From Naegleria gruberi (Eukaryota), in assembly GCA_000004985.1 (NCBI GenBank), contig GG738869.1: DNA of 64,000 bases; one strand, given 5' to 3'. The notes under the pieces are model-generated. The model was not told the DNA's origin and made no database searches. It saw only the letters and a program-made list of their open reading frames with translations. Below, in pieces: positions 1-12,200 of the stretch (its first letter is position 1; each line of letters begins with the position of its first letter). Made by a program: the position numbers and the translations under genes.

Positions 1-424
1 CCAAACCCAAACCCAAACCCAAACCCAAACCCAAACCCAAACCCAAACCCAAACCCCAACCCAAACCCAAACCCAAACCCAAACCCAAACCCAAACCCAA
101 ACCCAAACCCAAACCCAAACCCAAACCCAAACCCAAACCCAAACCCAACCCAAACCCAAACCCAAACCCAAACCCAAACCCAAACCCAAACCCAAACCCA
201 AACCCAAACCCAAACCCAAACCCAAACCCAAACCCAAACCCAAACCCAAACCCAAACCCAAACCCAAACCCAAACCCAAACCCAAACCCAAACCCAAACC
301 CAAACCCAAACCCAAACCCAAACCCAAACCCAAACCCAAACCCAAACCCAAACCCAAACCCAAACCCAAACCCAAACCCAAACCCAAACCCAAACCCAAA
401 CCCAAACCCAAACCCAAACCCAAA
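1..424. repeat. Telomeric repeat tract, (CCCAAA)n on + strand = (TTTGGG)n G-strand; left chromosome end
   Basis: About 70 tandem hexamers start at base 1. Two variant units are present (CCCCAA near 52-57, CCCAA near 146). The C-rich strand reads 5'->3' into the chromosome, the orientation expected at a left end. The tract ends abruptly at 424 into unique sequence. Confidence 0.9.
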
Positions 425-667
425 TGATGGAAGGGAAGATCCAACTTGATGACCAAGAGATGATACATCTACCAATCCAATCCAATTACATTATTAAAGC
501 TATCCTAATTTCCAATTAATTTTGCAACTTGGTGGAAGTGAGTGCCAAAGGCACCACACCTCCACCATTATAATAACTTCCAAATAAATATTATTCCAAT
601 TCCGAAACATCATCTTCCAAATAATTCCAATCAATATATATTTTTAAAATTATTATGAAACAACTCC

Positions 668-737
668 TGATGATATGATGATATGATGATATGATGATAT
701 GATGATGATATGATGATATGATGAGATGATGAGATGA
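668..737. repeat. Subtelomeric 8-bp microsatellite (ATGATATG)n degenerating to (GATGAGAT)
   Basis: Direct reading shows tgatgatatgatgatatgatgatatgatgatgatatgatgatatgatgagatgatgagatgac. The 66-aa ORF at 631-831 is an artefact of this repeat. Confidence 0.8.
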
Positions 738-949
738 CTGAATGAGGAAGAGGAGACATTACAACATTTTTTTTGTATGTTACTTTTCCAACCGACAATT
801 TAAGAGCGTCCGCACTCTCACCTCCATACAACCAAGCCAGAATGAATCAACTCTCTTTAATTACAGCAAGGATTTCCAACAAGAATAATTAAATATTTAA
901 TCGGTGATAATTCAATAATTACTTAGTAAAATCCAAAAGTTGAAACACC

Positions 950-3900
950 NNNNNNNNNNNNNNNNNNNNNNNNNNNNNNNNNNNNNNNNNNNNNNNNNNN
1001 NNNNNNNNNNNNNNNNNNNNNNNNNNNNNNNNNNNNNNNNNNNNNNNNNNNNNNNNNNNNNNNNNNNNNNNNNNNNNNNNNNNNNNNNNNNNNNNNNNNN
1101 NNNNNNNNNNNNNNNNNNNNNNNNNNNNNNNNNNNNNNNNNNNNNNNNNNNNNNNNNNNNNNNNNNNNNNNNNNNNNNNNNNNNNNNNNNNNNNNNNNNN
1201 NNNNNNNNNNNNNNNNNNNNNNNNNNNNNNNNNNNNNNNNNNNNNNNNNNNNNNNNNNNNNNNNNNNNNNNNNNNNNNNNNNNNNNNNNNNNNNNNNNNN
1301 NNNNNNNNNNNNNNNNNNNNNNNNNNNNNNNNNNNNNNNNNNNNNNNNNNNNNNNNNNNNNNNNNNNNNNNNNNNNNNNNNNNNNNNNNNNNNNNNNNNN
1401 NNNNNNNNNNNNNNNNNNNNNNNNNNNNNNNNNNNNNNNNNNNNNNNNNNNNNNNNNNNNNNNNNNNNNNNNNNNNNNNNNNNNNNNNNNNNNNNNNNNN
1501 NNNNNNNNNNNNNNNNNNNNNNNNNNNNNNNNNNNNNNNNNNNNNNNNNNNNNNNNNNNNNNNNNNNNNNNNNNNNNNNNNNNNNNNNNNNNNNNNNNNN
1601 NNNNNNNNNNNNNNNNNNNNNNNNNNNNNNNNNNNNNNNNNNNNNNNNNNNNNNNNNNNNNNNNNNNNNNNNNNNNNNNNNNNNNNNNNNNNNNNNNNNN
1701 NNNNNNNNNNNNNNNNNNNNNNNNNNNNNNNNNNNNNNNNNNNNNNNNNNNNNNNNNNNNNNNNNNNNNNNNNNNNNNNNNNNNNNNNNNNNNNNNNNNN
1801 NNNNNNNNNNNNNNNNNNNNNNNNNNNNNNNNNNNNNNNNNNNNNNNNNNNNNNNNNNNNNNNNNNNNNNNNNNNNNNNNNNNNNNNNNNNNNNNNNNNN
1901 NNNNNNNNNNNNNNNNNNNNNNNNNNNNNNNNNNNNNNNNNNNNNNNNNNNNNNNNNNNNNNNNNNNNNNNNNNNNNNNNNNNNNNNNNNNNNNNNNNNN
2001 NNNNNNNNNNNNNNNNNNNNNNNNNNNNNNNNNNNNNNNNNNNNNNNNNNNNNNNNNNNNNNNNNNNNNNNNNNNNNNNNNNNNNNNNNNNNNNNNNNNN
2101 NNNNNNNNNNNNNNNNNNNNNNNNNNNNNNNNNNNNNNNNNNNNNNNNNNNNNNNNNNNNNNNNNNNNNNNNNNNNNNNNNNNNNNNNNNNNNNNNNNNN
2201 NNNNNNNNNNNNNNNNNNNNNNNNNNNNNNNNNNNNNNNNNNNNNNNNNNNNNNNNNNNNNNNNNNNNNNNNNNNNNNNNNNNNNNNNNNNNNNNNNNNN
2301 NNNNNNNNNNNNNNNNNNNNNNNNNNNNNNNNNNNNNNNNNNNNNNNNNNNNNNNNNNNNNNNNNNNNNNNNNNNNNNNNNNNNNNNNNNNNNNNNNNNN
2401 NNNNNNNNNNNNNNNNNNNNNNNNNNNNNNNNNNNNNNNNNNNNNNNNNNNNNNNNNNNNNNNNNNNNNNNNNNNNNNNNNNNNNNNNNNNNNNNNNNNN
2501 NNNNNNNNNNNNNNNNNNNNNNNNNNNNNNNNNNNNNNNNNNNNNNNNNNNNNNNNNNNNNNNNNNNNNNNNNNNNNNNNNNNNNNNNNNNNNNNNNNNN
2601 NNNNNNNNNNNNNNNNNNNNNNNNNNNNNNNNNNNNNNNNNNNNNNNNNNNNNNNNNNNNNNNNNNNNNNNNNNNNNNNNNNNNNNNNNNNNNNNNNNNN
2701 NNNNNNNNNNNNNNNNNNNNNNNNNNNNNNNNNNNNNNNNNNNNNNNNNNNNNNNNNNNNNNNNNNNNNNNNNNNNNNNNNNNNNNNNNNNNNNNNNNNN
2801 NNNNNNNNNNNNNNNNNNNNNNNNNNNNNNNNNNNNNNNNNNNNNNNNNNNNNNNNNNNNNNNNNNNNNNNNNNNNNNNNNNNNNNNNNNNNNNNNNNNN
2901 NNNNNNNNNNNNNNNNNNNNNNNNNNNNNNNNNNNNNNNNNNNNNNNNNNNNNNNNNNNNNNNNNNNNNNNNNNNNNNNNNNNNNNNNNNNNNNNNNNNN
3001 NNNNNNNNNNNNNNNNNNNNNNNNNNNNNNNNNNNNNNNNNNNNNNNNNNNNNNNNNNNNNNNNNNNNNNNNNNNNNNNNNNNNNNNNNNNNNNNNNNNN
3101 NNNNNNNNNNNNNNNNNNNNNNNNNNNNNNNNNNNNNNNNNNNNNNNNNNNNNNNNNNNNNNNNNNNNNNNNNNNNNNNNNNNNNNNNNNNNNNNNNNNN
3201 NNNNNNNNNNNNNNNNNNNNNNNNNNNNNNNNNNNNNNNNNNNNNNNNNNNNNNNNNNNNNNNNNNNNNNNNNNNNNNNNNNNNNNNNNNNNNNNNNNNN
3301 NNNNNNNNNNNNNNNNNNNNNNNNNNNNNNNNNNNNNNNNNNNNNNNNNNNNNNNNNNNNNNNNNNNNNNNNNNNNNNNNNNNNNNNNNNNNNNNNNNNN
3401 NNNNNNNNNNNNNNNNNNNNNNNNNNNNNNNNNNNNNNNNNNNNNNNNNNNNNNNNNNNNNNNNNNNNNNNNNNNNNNNNNNNNNNNNNNNNNNNNNNNN
3501 NNNNNNNNNNNNNNNNNNNNNNNNNNNNNNNNNNNNNNNNNNNNNNNNNNNNNNNNNNNNNNNNNNNNNNNNNNNNNNNNNNNNNNNNNNNNNNNNNNNN
3601 NNNNNNNNNNNNNNNNNNNNNNNNNNNNNNNNNNNNNNNNNNNNNNNNNNNNNNNNNNNNNNNNNNNNNNNNNNNNNNNNNNNNNNNNNNNNNNNNNNNN
3701 NNNNNNNNNNNNNNNNNNNNNNNNNNNNNNNNNNNNNNNNNNNNNNNNNNNNNNNNNNNNNNNNNNNNNNNNNNNNNNNNNNNNNNNNNNNNNNNNNNNN
3801 NNNNNNNNNNNNNNNNNNNNNNNNNNNNNNNNNNNNNNNNNNNNNNNNNNNNNNNNNNNNNNNNNNNNNNNNNNNNNNNNNNNNNNNNNNNNNNNNNNNN

Positions 3901-4973
3901 NNNNNNNNNNNNNNNNNNNNNNNNNNNNNNNNNNNNNNNNNNNNNNNNNNNNNNNNNNNNNNNNNNNNNNNNNNNNNNNNNNNNNNNNNNNNNNNNNNNN
4001 NNNNNNNNNNNNNNNNNNNNNNNNNNNNNNNNNNNNNNNNNNNNNNNNNNNNNNNNNNNNNNNNNNNNNNNNNNNNNNNNNNNNNNNNNNNNNNNNNNNN
4101 NNNNNNNNNNNNNNNNNNNNNNNNNNNNNNNNNNNNNNNNNNNNNNNNNNNNNNNNNNNNNNNNNNNNNNNNNNNNNNNNNNNNNNNNNNNNNNNNNNNN
4201 NNNNNNNNNNNNNNNNNNNNNNNNNNNNNNNNNNNNNNNNNNNNNNNNNNNNNNNNNNNNNNNNNNNNNNNNNNNNNNNNNNNNNNNNNNNNNNNNNNNN
4301 NNNNNNNNNNNNNNNNNNNNNNNNNNNNNNNNNNNNNNNNNNNNNNNNNNNNNNNNNNNNNNNNNNNNNNNNNNNNNNNNNNNNNNNNNNNNNNNNNNNN
4401 NNNNNNNNNNNNNNNNNNNNNNNNNNNNNNNNNNNNNNNNNNNNNNNNNNNNNNNNNNNNNNNNNNNNNNNNNNNNNNNNNNNNNNNNNNNNNNNNNNNN
4501 NNNNNNNNNNNNNNNNNNNNNNNNNNNNNNNNNNNNNNNNNNNNNNNNNNNNNNNNNNNNNNNNNNNNNNNNNNNNNNNNNNNNNNNNNNNNNNNNNNNN
4601 NNNNNNNNNNNNNNNNNNNNNNNNNNNNNNNNNNNNNNNNNNNNNNNNNNNNNNNNNNNNNNNNNNNNNNNNNNNNNNNNNNNNNNNNNNNNNNNNNNNN
4701 NNNNNNNNNNNNNNNNNNNNNNNNNNNNNNNNNNNNNNNNNNNNNNNNNNNNNNNNNNNNNNNNNNNNNNNNNNNNNNNNNNNNNNNNNNNNNNNNNNNN
4801 NNNNNNNNNNNNNNNNNNNNNNNNNNNNNNNNNNNNNNNNNNNNNNNNNNNNNNNNNNNNNNNNNNNNNNNNNNNNNNNNNNNNNNNNNNNNNNNNNNNN
4901 NNNNNNNNNNNNNNNNNNNNNNNNNNNNNNNNNNNNNNNNNNNNNNNNNNNNNNNNNNNNNNNNNNNNNNNNN
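950..4973. other. Assembly gap (4,024 N) in subtelomeric region
   Basis: Uninterrupted run of n. The three >1,300-aa ORFs listed across it are artefacts of translating N. Confidence 0.99.
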
Positions 4974-5618
4974 ATAGATGATAAGAATATAATCAATGAT
5001 ATGAATCTTCACTAAGTAATCTCTTAAATAACCCAAATAAATCAACTCTGAATCCTAACCAAACCCAAAGTCTTCTTAAAAGAAACATGGTTTTCAGTTG
5101 TGTGGATTTTTTTAAAGATGGAAGAAACTGTTTCTTGTAAGCTTACTCAACTTTTAAAGCAACTCACGATGAGAAATTATTGGTGGTCATGTCATTGGTT
5201 CTAAATGGTATCTGATATTTAGGAGTCAGATTAAATAAGTGCAAGTTGATTGTATCAAGAGAAATTATAATCTCTTTGACGGCCATAGTCAAAGGACAAG
5301 AAACATGACAGTCTGATTGGCGTTTCATTAACAGTCACCAATCATTTAAAGGATATTTGAAAAAGAAGCAAAATTGAAACTGATCTAATGATTTTTTAAC
5401 TGTCATTAATCCAACAGTAAATAACAGTGAAACTTCATATATTTTACAAAATGTTAATCCAATGAATCAACTTGTGTAATCTTAATGTTATTCACAGTTC
5501 AGAATTGTAAAGTGACCAAATTTGATTTTTATTTAAAATCAAAACTTTAATACAACTTTAACGGTACCAATTTACTGTTTGTTGTGAACTTTCCAGCGTC
5601 GTAGACGATATAATGTGC

Positions 5619-6923
5619 TCAACAGAATAAGTTTTCAATCACTTCATTACCCATTTTCTCATTTTCTGACATCTCATTATCCTCTTCTAGAAGCGTTATT
5701 TTTAAGAATTCCAATCCAGGTTCAAGGTTAATTTTTTCAGTATCAAATAAAGCAGCTGATTTTTTTTGAATAACAGCTGGAGGATTAGTTTTACCACTTT
5801 CTAAATATTCCATAATTTTCAAATTACCAGATATAGAACTATCATCTAAAATAGATTCATGTGCATAATTGATAGCCAGTGGATTTTCCAAAATGGCTTC
5901 CATAACAATGTCACTATCTTTCTTGAGCTTATCACCAGCGAACTTGAGAGCTAGTCCTGTAAGAACTATGGCTTCTGTAACAACTTGTTTGTTATTTTTA
6001 AATTCAGTAAAATACTCCAATAATAAAGGTTCCATTCTTAAAACTGATAAGACAAACTCCTTGTTTTTCATCCACTTATTTGGAATGTATTTCCAGAAGA
6101 GGTTAGTATTTTTCATCTTGACTGAATGAATGAAATCATCAAAAGGCACTCTAATATCTTTGGAAGGGAAACCAATCTCTAGCGCCTTTTGAATGATATC
6201 ATTATCAGAATCGTCAATGATGACTCCTCTTAATGCTGACAGACCAGATTTCGTAATGGCTTCATGTATGAGAAATTTGTCAGTCCTAAGAGCCTCAGAA
6301 GCAAATCTAAGGGATGTTCCATCATTATCTATGGCTTCCAAAACTACATCCCTGTCGGACTGAAGGGTTGGTGAGGCGAATTCCAAAGCATGTCCATTGT
6401 TACACACAGATACCAGTACTATTTCCTTATTATTTCTCAATTCATAGGAGGCATGTTCAAGAGCTAAACCATTTTGTTGAACTATTCTTAACACAAAATC
6501 TGCATCATTCTGTAACTCTTTTGATGCATAGCTAAGGGCAAGTTTAGGTTCGAAAGCACTAACTTTATCCATCACCTCAATGTGGTTGTTGTAAATATCA
6601 CTCATTTGCAAGAATTCAAAATTTTTCATCTCTATCATAGCATCTACCAATTTGGAATTTTTCCATACTTCTGGTGTTATATATTTAATGACATCTACCC
6701 TTTCGACATCATTCATAACCAGGTCAATAATTTGATCCAACTTATCGGAATCTGAGCAAGTAACTTCCAATGTTTTGTTCATTGTTGTTAATAATTCACT
6801 TTCCATAAAAATACCAAATATTTTCCTTGAAATTTCTCTTGATTCTCCAGATCTAAACGAAAATCGAATATCATTTCTCGGAATTTTTACAAGCTCTCTA
6901 AGAATTTCAAAATTTGATACCAA
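5619..6923 (-). CDS. DUF4116-like repeat protein segment (about 45-aa repeats with ASxxLRNDKxxVLxA motif); probably the C-terminal continuation of the upstream kinase gene, in a different frame
   Basis: 434-aa ORF with at least six repeats of the form ALEFASPTLQSDRDVVLEAI / LALKFAGDKLKKDSDIVMEAI. It overlaps the end of ORF 6887-8887 by 37 nt in another frame, and no in-frame short intron joins them. Confidence 0.6.
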   Translation of the reverse strand: MVSNFEILRELVKIPRNDIRFSFRSGESREISRKIFGIFMESELLTTMNKTLEVTCSDSDKLDQIIDLVMNDVERVDVIKYITPEVWKNSKLVDAMIEMKNFEFLQMSDIYNNHIEVMDKVSAFEPKLALSYASKELQNDADFVLRIVQQNGLALEHASYELRNNKEIVLVSVCNNGHALEFASPTLQSDRDVVLEAIDNDGTSLRFASEALRTDKFLIHEAITKSGLSALRGVIIDDSDNDIIQKALEIGFPSKDIRVPFDDFIHSVKMKNTNLFWKYIPNKWMKNKEFVLSVLRMEPLLLEYFTEFKNNKQVVTEAIVLTGLALKFAGDKLKKDSDIVMEAILENPLAINYAHESILDDSSISGNLKIMEYLESGKTNPPAVIQKKSAALFDTEKINLEPGLEFLKITLLEEDNEMSENEKMGNEVIENLFC

Positions 6924-8887
6924 ATCAAATCAAGTGGTAATAGAGTACACAGAGCTGGCATTAAACGAATTGCAATAGCACACAAGCGTACATTCCTGGA
7001 TAAATTATTATCTAAAAACTTGTAAACTTTTGGGTTTTTCATCAAAGCTCGCTCAATAAAATTCATATCTTTTTTCAAATAATCAGCATATTCAAAATTC
7101 TTCTTACTAAATGAGAGAGACTGCAGTATTATAGCTTCATTGTTTCTGATAATATCTGGTTGAGTTTCTAACCAATCACGTTTGATTATTAAATGATTCA
7201 AAATATCTGATTCAAAAATAAAAGGTGGAGGGTTTTCCCACAAAGAAATATCCAATCCCACAGTGGTACGTTCTACCTGTCGTTTTGAAAGGATATCTTT
7301 CACGAACCACTTGCTATTCAAATTCTGTTGTGGAATAGTGTTCTTAATTGTACCAGGAGTAAGAAAATCCTTCATACAACACATGACCATGAGAATATCT
7401 TTGTCTTTCTTCAATCTATCAGATGCAAATTCAAATGCATAGGGGTTTAGAGACGTGGCTTTCAGAACAATGTCCTTGTCATTTCGTAATTCTTCAGAAG
7501 CAAACTGAAGAGCAAGTGGACTAAACTCCATTGCTTTAGAAACCAATTCTTTGTCTGATCTCAGAGTTGGAGAGGCAAACTTGAGTGTATCATGATATAT
7601 TTCCAAAGCTATTTCAATAATTTGCTTATTATTATTGAAATGTTTAACTAATTTTGCATCTCTAATTAAAACTCTTCTCAATAACTTTCGATCGTATACT
7701 AAGCCATTATCGGAACCAATAAAATCAATTACTTTTGGATTCTTAAGAATAGACAAGTAACAAACAAGTTGATTATTTTTCAACTGATTTGAAATGTATC
7801 TGAATGAGCTAGCATTATTTTGAATGGCAGAAAATACTACGTTCACATCATTTCTGTAAGAGTATTGCAAATACTTGAGAAGATTTCCATGTTCAGAAAC
7901 CATACCAATAATTTCCTTTTTGCTTGCTTCCTTCCTTAAATAGTAAACTGCTCTCACTAAATTAATTTCCTTCTTTTGTAAATATTTAATATCCTCCCTG
8001 ATTTCGTTTGCAAAATTATTTCTTAAATTAATATCATAAGCCATCATCCATTCACTCAAATACTTCAGTATTTCATATTCATCAGCATTAGTTGATTTGT
8101 GCAGACCAACCAAATTTCTAATACTGACCCCAAGTGCATACACATCAGAGGCCAATGAATAACGCGTATGAATGAGCTCGTATCTTGCTTCATTTGAAAT
8201 TTCAGGCGCTAAAAAACCATCAGTTTTACCAGTTACTGGTTTTTGGTTAACAATTGAATCATCTTGTGTCTTGAATGAGTATCCAAAATCTGCTACTTTT
8301 ACATGAATGAATTCGTTATCTAATTCTTTCACTAAAATATTTCCCAACTTGATATCTCCATGAACCATTTTATGGATATCACAAATGAAAATCAGTGCAT
8401 TCATAACCTGAAATAAAATTTGTACAGCTAGTACATTTCCAACAACATGACTCCTTTTTAAATCTATCAAGGAACCATGTTCAGCATATTCCATTTCTAG
8501 ACAAGGAATATTTCTCAATGTTCTATATTCAATTGTTCTAATAACATTATCATGGTTTAGTCTGAGTGCATGATTGGCTTCTATTGAACCAAGTTCTGAT
8601 CGAATTAAATTTATCTTCCACACAGTGCTCTTGTCATTTCTTGTAAATTTATAAATTGCACCTTGTCCTCCTTTTCCCAATACTTTCACTACAACTCCTT
8701 TATCAATAAAATGCAACAACTTGTCAATTTCTTCTTGTGGTATTTGTTCTGTTTTCTGTTGGAAATCTTCTGCAAAAAGAATACTTTCGGAATCGTTAAA
8801 ACGTTGCTCCTTTGGATTGTTTGTGAATTGTGAGGTTGTGCATTGACTAGCGGTATTCTTTGATAGCTCTTTTCTCTTTTTTACCAT
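6887..8887 (-). CDS. Ser/Thr protein kinase domain followed by DUF4116-like repeats
   Basis: 666-aa ORF. It has a glycine loop (LGKGGQGAIYKF), a catalytic loop (HGDIKLGNILV), DFG (VADFGYS) and APE (FLAPE). The C-terminal repeats read KFASPTLRSDKELVSKA / QFASEELRNDKDIVLKA / EFASDRLKKDKDILM. Confidence 0.8.
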   Translation of the reverse strand: MVKKRKELSKNTASQCTTSQFTNNPKEQRFNDSESILFAEDFQQKTEQIPQEEIDKLLHFIDKGVVVKVLGKGGQGAIYKFTRNDKSTVWKINLIRSELGSIEANHALRLNHDNVIRTIEYRTLRNIPCLEMEYAEHGSLIDLKRSHVVGNVLAVQILFQVMNALIFICDIHKMVHGDIKLGNILVKELDNEFIHVKVADFGYSFKTQDDSIVNQKPVTGKTDGFLAPEISNEARYELIHTRYSLASDVYALGVSIRNLVGLHKSTNADEYEILKYLSEWMMAYDINLRNNFANEIREDIKYLQKKEINLVRAVYYLRKEASKKEIIGMVSEHGNLLKYLQYSYRNDVNVVFSAIQNNASSFRYISNQLKNNQLVCYLSILKNPKVIDFIGSDNGLVYDRKLLRRVLIRDAKLVKHFNNNKQIIEIALEIYHDTLKFASPTLRSDKELVSKAMEFSPLALQFASEELRNDKDIVLKATSLNPYAFEFASDRLKKDKDILMVMCCMKDFLTPGTIKNTIPQQNLNSKWFVKDILSKRQVERTTVGLDISLWENPPPFIFESDILNHLIIKRDWLETQPDIIRNNEAIILQSLSFSKKNFEYADYLKKDMNFIERALMKNPKVYKFLDNNLSRNVRLCAIAIRLMPALCTLLPLDLIWYQILKFLESL

Positions 8888-9203
8888 TTTTTTTTGAATA
8901 ATGTTAATTATTATTATTTTGAAAGAATTGGAAAGATGACATGGAAGCTTGCTTCATCACATTCATTAATATTTAACGGATCGAAACTTTATATATTTTA
9001 CAAAATGAATGTACTTGTGTAATCTTCAGTGAAAATCATCGATCATTACAAAATCCACTACAAATTTGCCAAGTGTGAAATCATCAAACTTTTTGAACTC
9101 TTCAACTTCCACTAGTGATTGGAAGGGGCGATTAGTAACAAGATGTTGACAAAAAATCAGCATGATTACAAAATTAATAATAATTAATAAATTTTAAAAA
9201 AAA

Positions 9204-12200
9204 ATGTTGCCACCATCAAAGAAGAGAAACCTCACCACCGCTGCCAACGGAGAGGAAGATCAACACAAAGCTGACACTCTTGAAAACAACAACAACAACA
9301 ATAACATTTCAACAACAATTTCGGAAAAAGATCAAAAACATAGATTAGTTTGGCAAGATCGTGAATCTTTGGAAAGATTTAGAATTGATAATTTAATACA
9401 ATTAAAACAAGATCGAAAGAGAAATGAAGAGAAGAGAAAGCAATTAGAATTGTTAGAAAAAATTGATGAACAAGATGAAAAGCCATCAGCTAAAAAACTC
9501 TTTCGAGAAATTGAAACTTCTCAACAGGTGGAAAATATCATCAAGTTGAATTTGAGAGGTAAAATATTCATCACTACGCTTCAAACACTCACAAAGAGAG
9601 AGAACATGTTCAAAATTATGCTAGGATCACAATTTGGTATTGATAAGGATGAGAATGGTTACATTTTGATTGATAGAGATCCAGACTACTTTCCAATAAT
9701 TTTGGAACACTTGAGAACTGGTTCAACTACTCATATTGGTATTTGGGAGGATGTTAATGAATCTTCACTTGAACAATTGACAAATTTATTGGAAGAATCA
9801 GATTTCTTTGGTACAGACAAACTAACATCAAAAGTTAAAGATCTTATTACCAAATATTCTGAAGAATTGGAGAAAATCAAAATTATTTCAAATAAGAAAC
9901 CTATTGAACAACCAGAAATAGAACCAGTTATTGATGTAAACGTTGATGATGATGGTTGGTACTCCAAGTTTGCAATGCTCACTTTGGAGGAAAAGACAAG
10001 AGTTGAGAATTATGTTGCCGAACAAACAAAGAAAGTACAAGAAGATTTTGAAGAATTAAATCATAAGGAAAAATCACTCCCTTCCACTAAAGATGTAACA
10101 ATAGATGTCAGAGGTGTCAACTTCACACTTTCTACTGCAAAACTAGTCCAACATGTTGATAGCTTGTTTTATGAGTTTTCAAAGAAAGCTATTCACACAC
10201 GTGGAGAATTTAAAATCTTCCTAGACAGAGATCCAACTATTTTCACTATTATTTATGAATATTTGATTAATGGAACTCTGCAAAATATTCCACAAGAAAT
10301 TGAAAAGAAAAAGCAAGTTTTCAAAGAGGCCAAATTCTTTAAATTGAAGGGTTTATTAGAATATTTCGATATTTGTAGATATCCTATTGAAGATATTGGA
10401 GAGAGAAACCTCCAAATTAAAAAAGAAGAGGACTTTTTAAGAAATTTATTTGCTGTAGATAGAGAAAATCCAATATTGAACGATCCATACATTCAATTAA
10501 TTAATGTTTTTGGAGATAACGACCATTCCACAAAATCATTCACTGCTGAAAGACAAGATCCTCCAGAAAAAGTGAAACTATTGTTTGATTTTGAAGACCC
10601 TTTGGAAGTATCTTCATTATGTCAAAATTCCAAGTTGACTGTTCCATCTGTACCAACAATCATCTCTTCCAGAGAACAATTTTTAAAACACTTCACCATC
10701 TTTACTGGAGGTATATTTAAAGGAATGGATTGGTCAAATATGTTTGTGGCTGGAGGTAGTGTTTTAGCATGTGCATTACAAGTTCCACTTCCAACCGAGG
10801 AACAAGGGAAAATCAACTCACAATCTGATTTGTATTTCAGACACAAGATGACAGAAAAGTATTGGGAAAATGATGATGCTAGTACTGACGATGATGTTTC
10901 AACAGTCAAAACAGTGGACTCCAATAGCGATGCTGAATATTTTACTGATGAGGAGCTCAATGCTGAATGTACTATTAATTACCCAACAATTGAAAATAAC
11001 GAGAAAAGTGAATACCTGCATATCCATGATTATTATCAAGAACATCCATGGAAAAAGAGTGATATTGATTTATTCCTCTATGGGTTATCAGAAACCGAAG
11101 CTGTAAAGAAAATTGAATATCTGTATAATACCTTTAAGAAAAATCTTATTGATTCTAAAAAACCAGAAGATAGTGAGAATCATTCTGATATTTTACTTTT
11201 AAGAACTCAACATGCAATTACTTTTAGATTTAATGACATTAAACCAGTCCAAATAATTTTGAGAATATACAAGAGTCCATCAGGTAAGTATTCAATTACA
11301 ACAATTTCTAACATTGAAAGAAATTTTATGCGGATTTGATATTCCTTGTTGTTGTATTGGGTAAGTTCTTTTTTAATATTTTGTCAAAATTCAATAATGA
11401 AATCAAGATTTGATGGAACACAAGTATTATGTATTCCTCGTGCAAGAGAGGCCATCAAAACTAGATGTAACATTGTAGATCCAGATAGACAATCAACAAC
11501 ATATGAAACTAGATTGATAAAGTATGCACTCAGAGGTTTCAGAATAGGAATTTGTGGATATGATCCTAAAAAGATTGTTAATCCATTCTTACACGGATTA
11601 CAACCATACAATCAAAAACAAAACATCAAACAGTTTACAGGATTAGCAAGAATTTTAATGTTTTTAGAGTCCTTTAAGAAGAATGAGAAGAAGCAAGCAT
11701 TTAATGAAATAGGAGGCAAGTTCTCACTCACTGAAACTGAAGAGGAACTTACTAAACCATCCTCTAAACATGACTATGCTCAAATTACATTCTCAATCAA
11801 TTATCAAGCAGCAACAGGAGATTATGATAGATTGAATGATCGTGTTGACTTTATTACCAAAAATTTGAAAAAGAAACCATTCTTTGAGTATTCCTTAAAC
11901 GATATTGACAAGATTCTTCGCCCTATTGAAATGAAAAGTGATCTTTCACCAGTTCTTGAATTTATTCAGATTGAACCAACTAGACAATATGTTGGTTGTT
12001 TTTCACCAATTGACAAAAACTTTTTAGAGGATGCCTATACATTTGTTAGAAACGAAAGAAAGTGTAAATACAAGTATATTGTTAGTACTGGTAATAGGGT
12101 TTATAGAAGAAGAAGAGGATATGTATATGTATTCAACACAACATTAGATTCAAAGACATGTGCTCTATTAGAAAGTGTCAGAAGAAAATGTAAGAAAACA

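Noticed and set aside
631-831. 66-aa minus-strand ORF rich in HHIIISSS
   Set aside because: It is entirely the translation of the (ATGATATG)n microsatellite next to the telomere, with no codon-usage or context support.
912-5045. Three overlapping about 1,350-aa ORFs (912-5045 -, 923-4996 -, 940-4977 +) made of X residues
   Set aside because: They are produced by translating the 4,024-nt run of N, so they are an assembly gap and not coding sequence.
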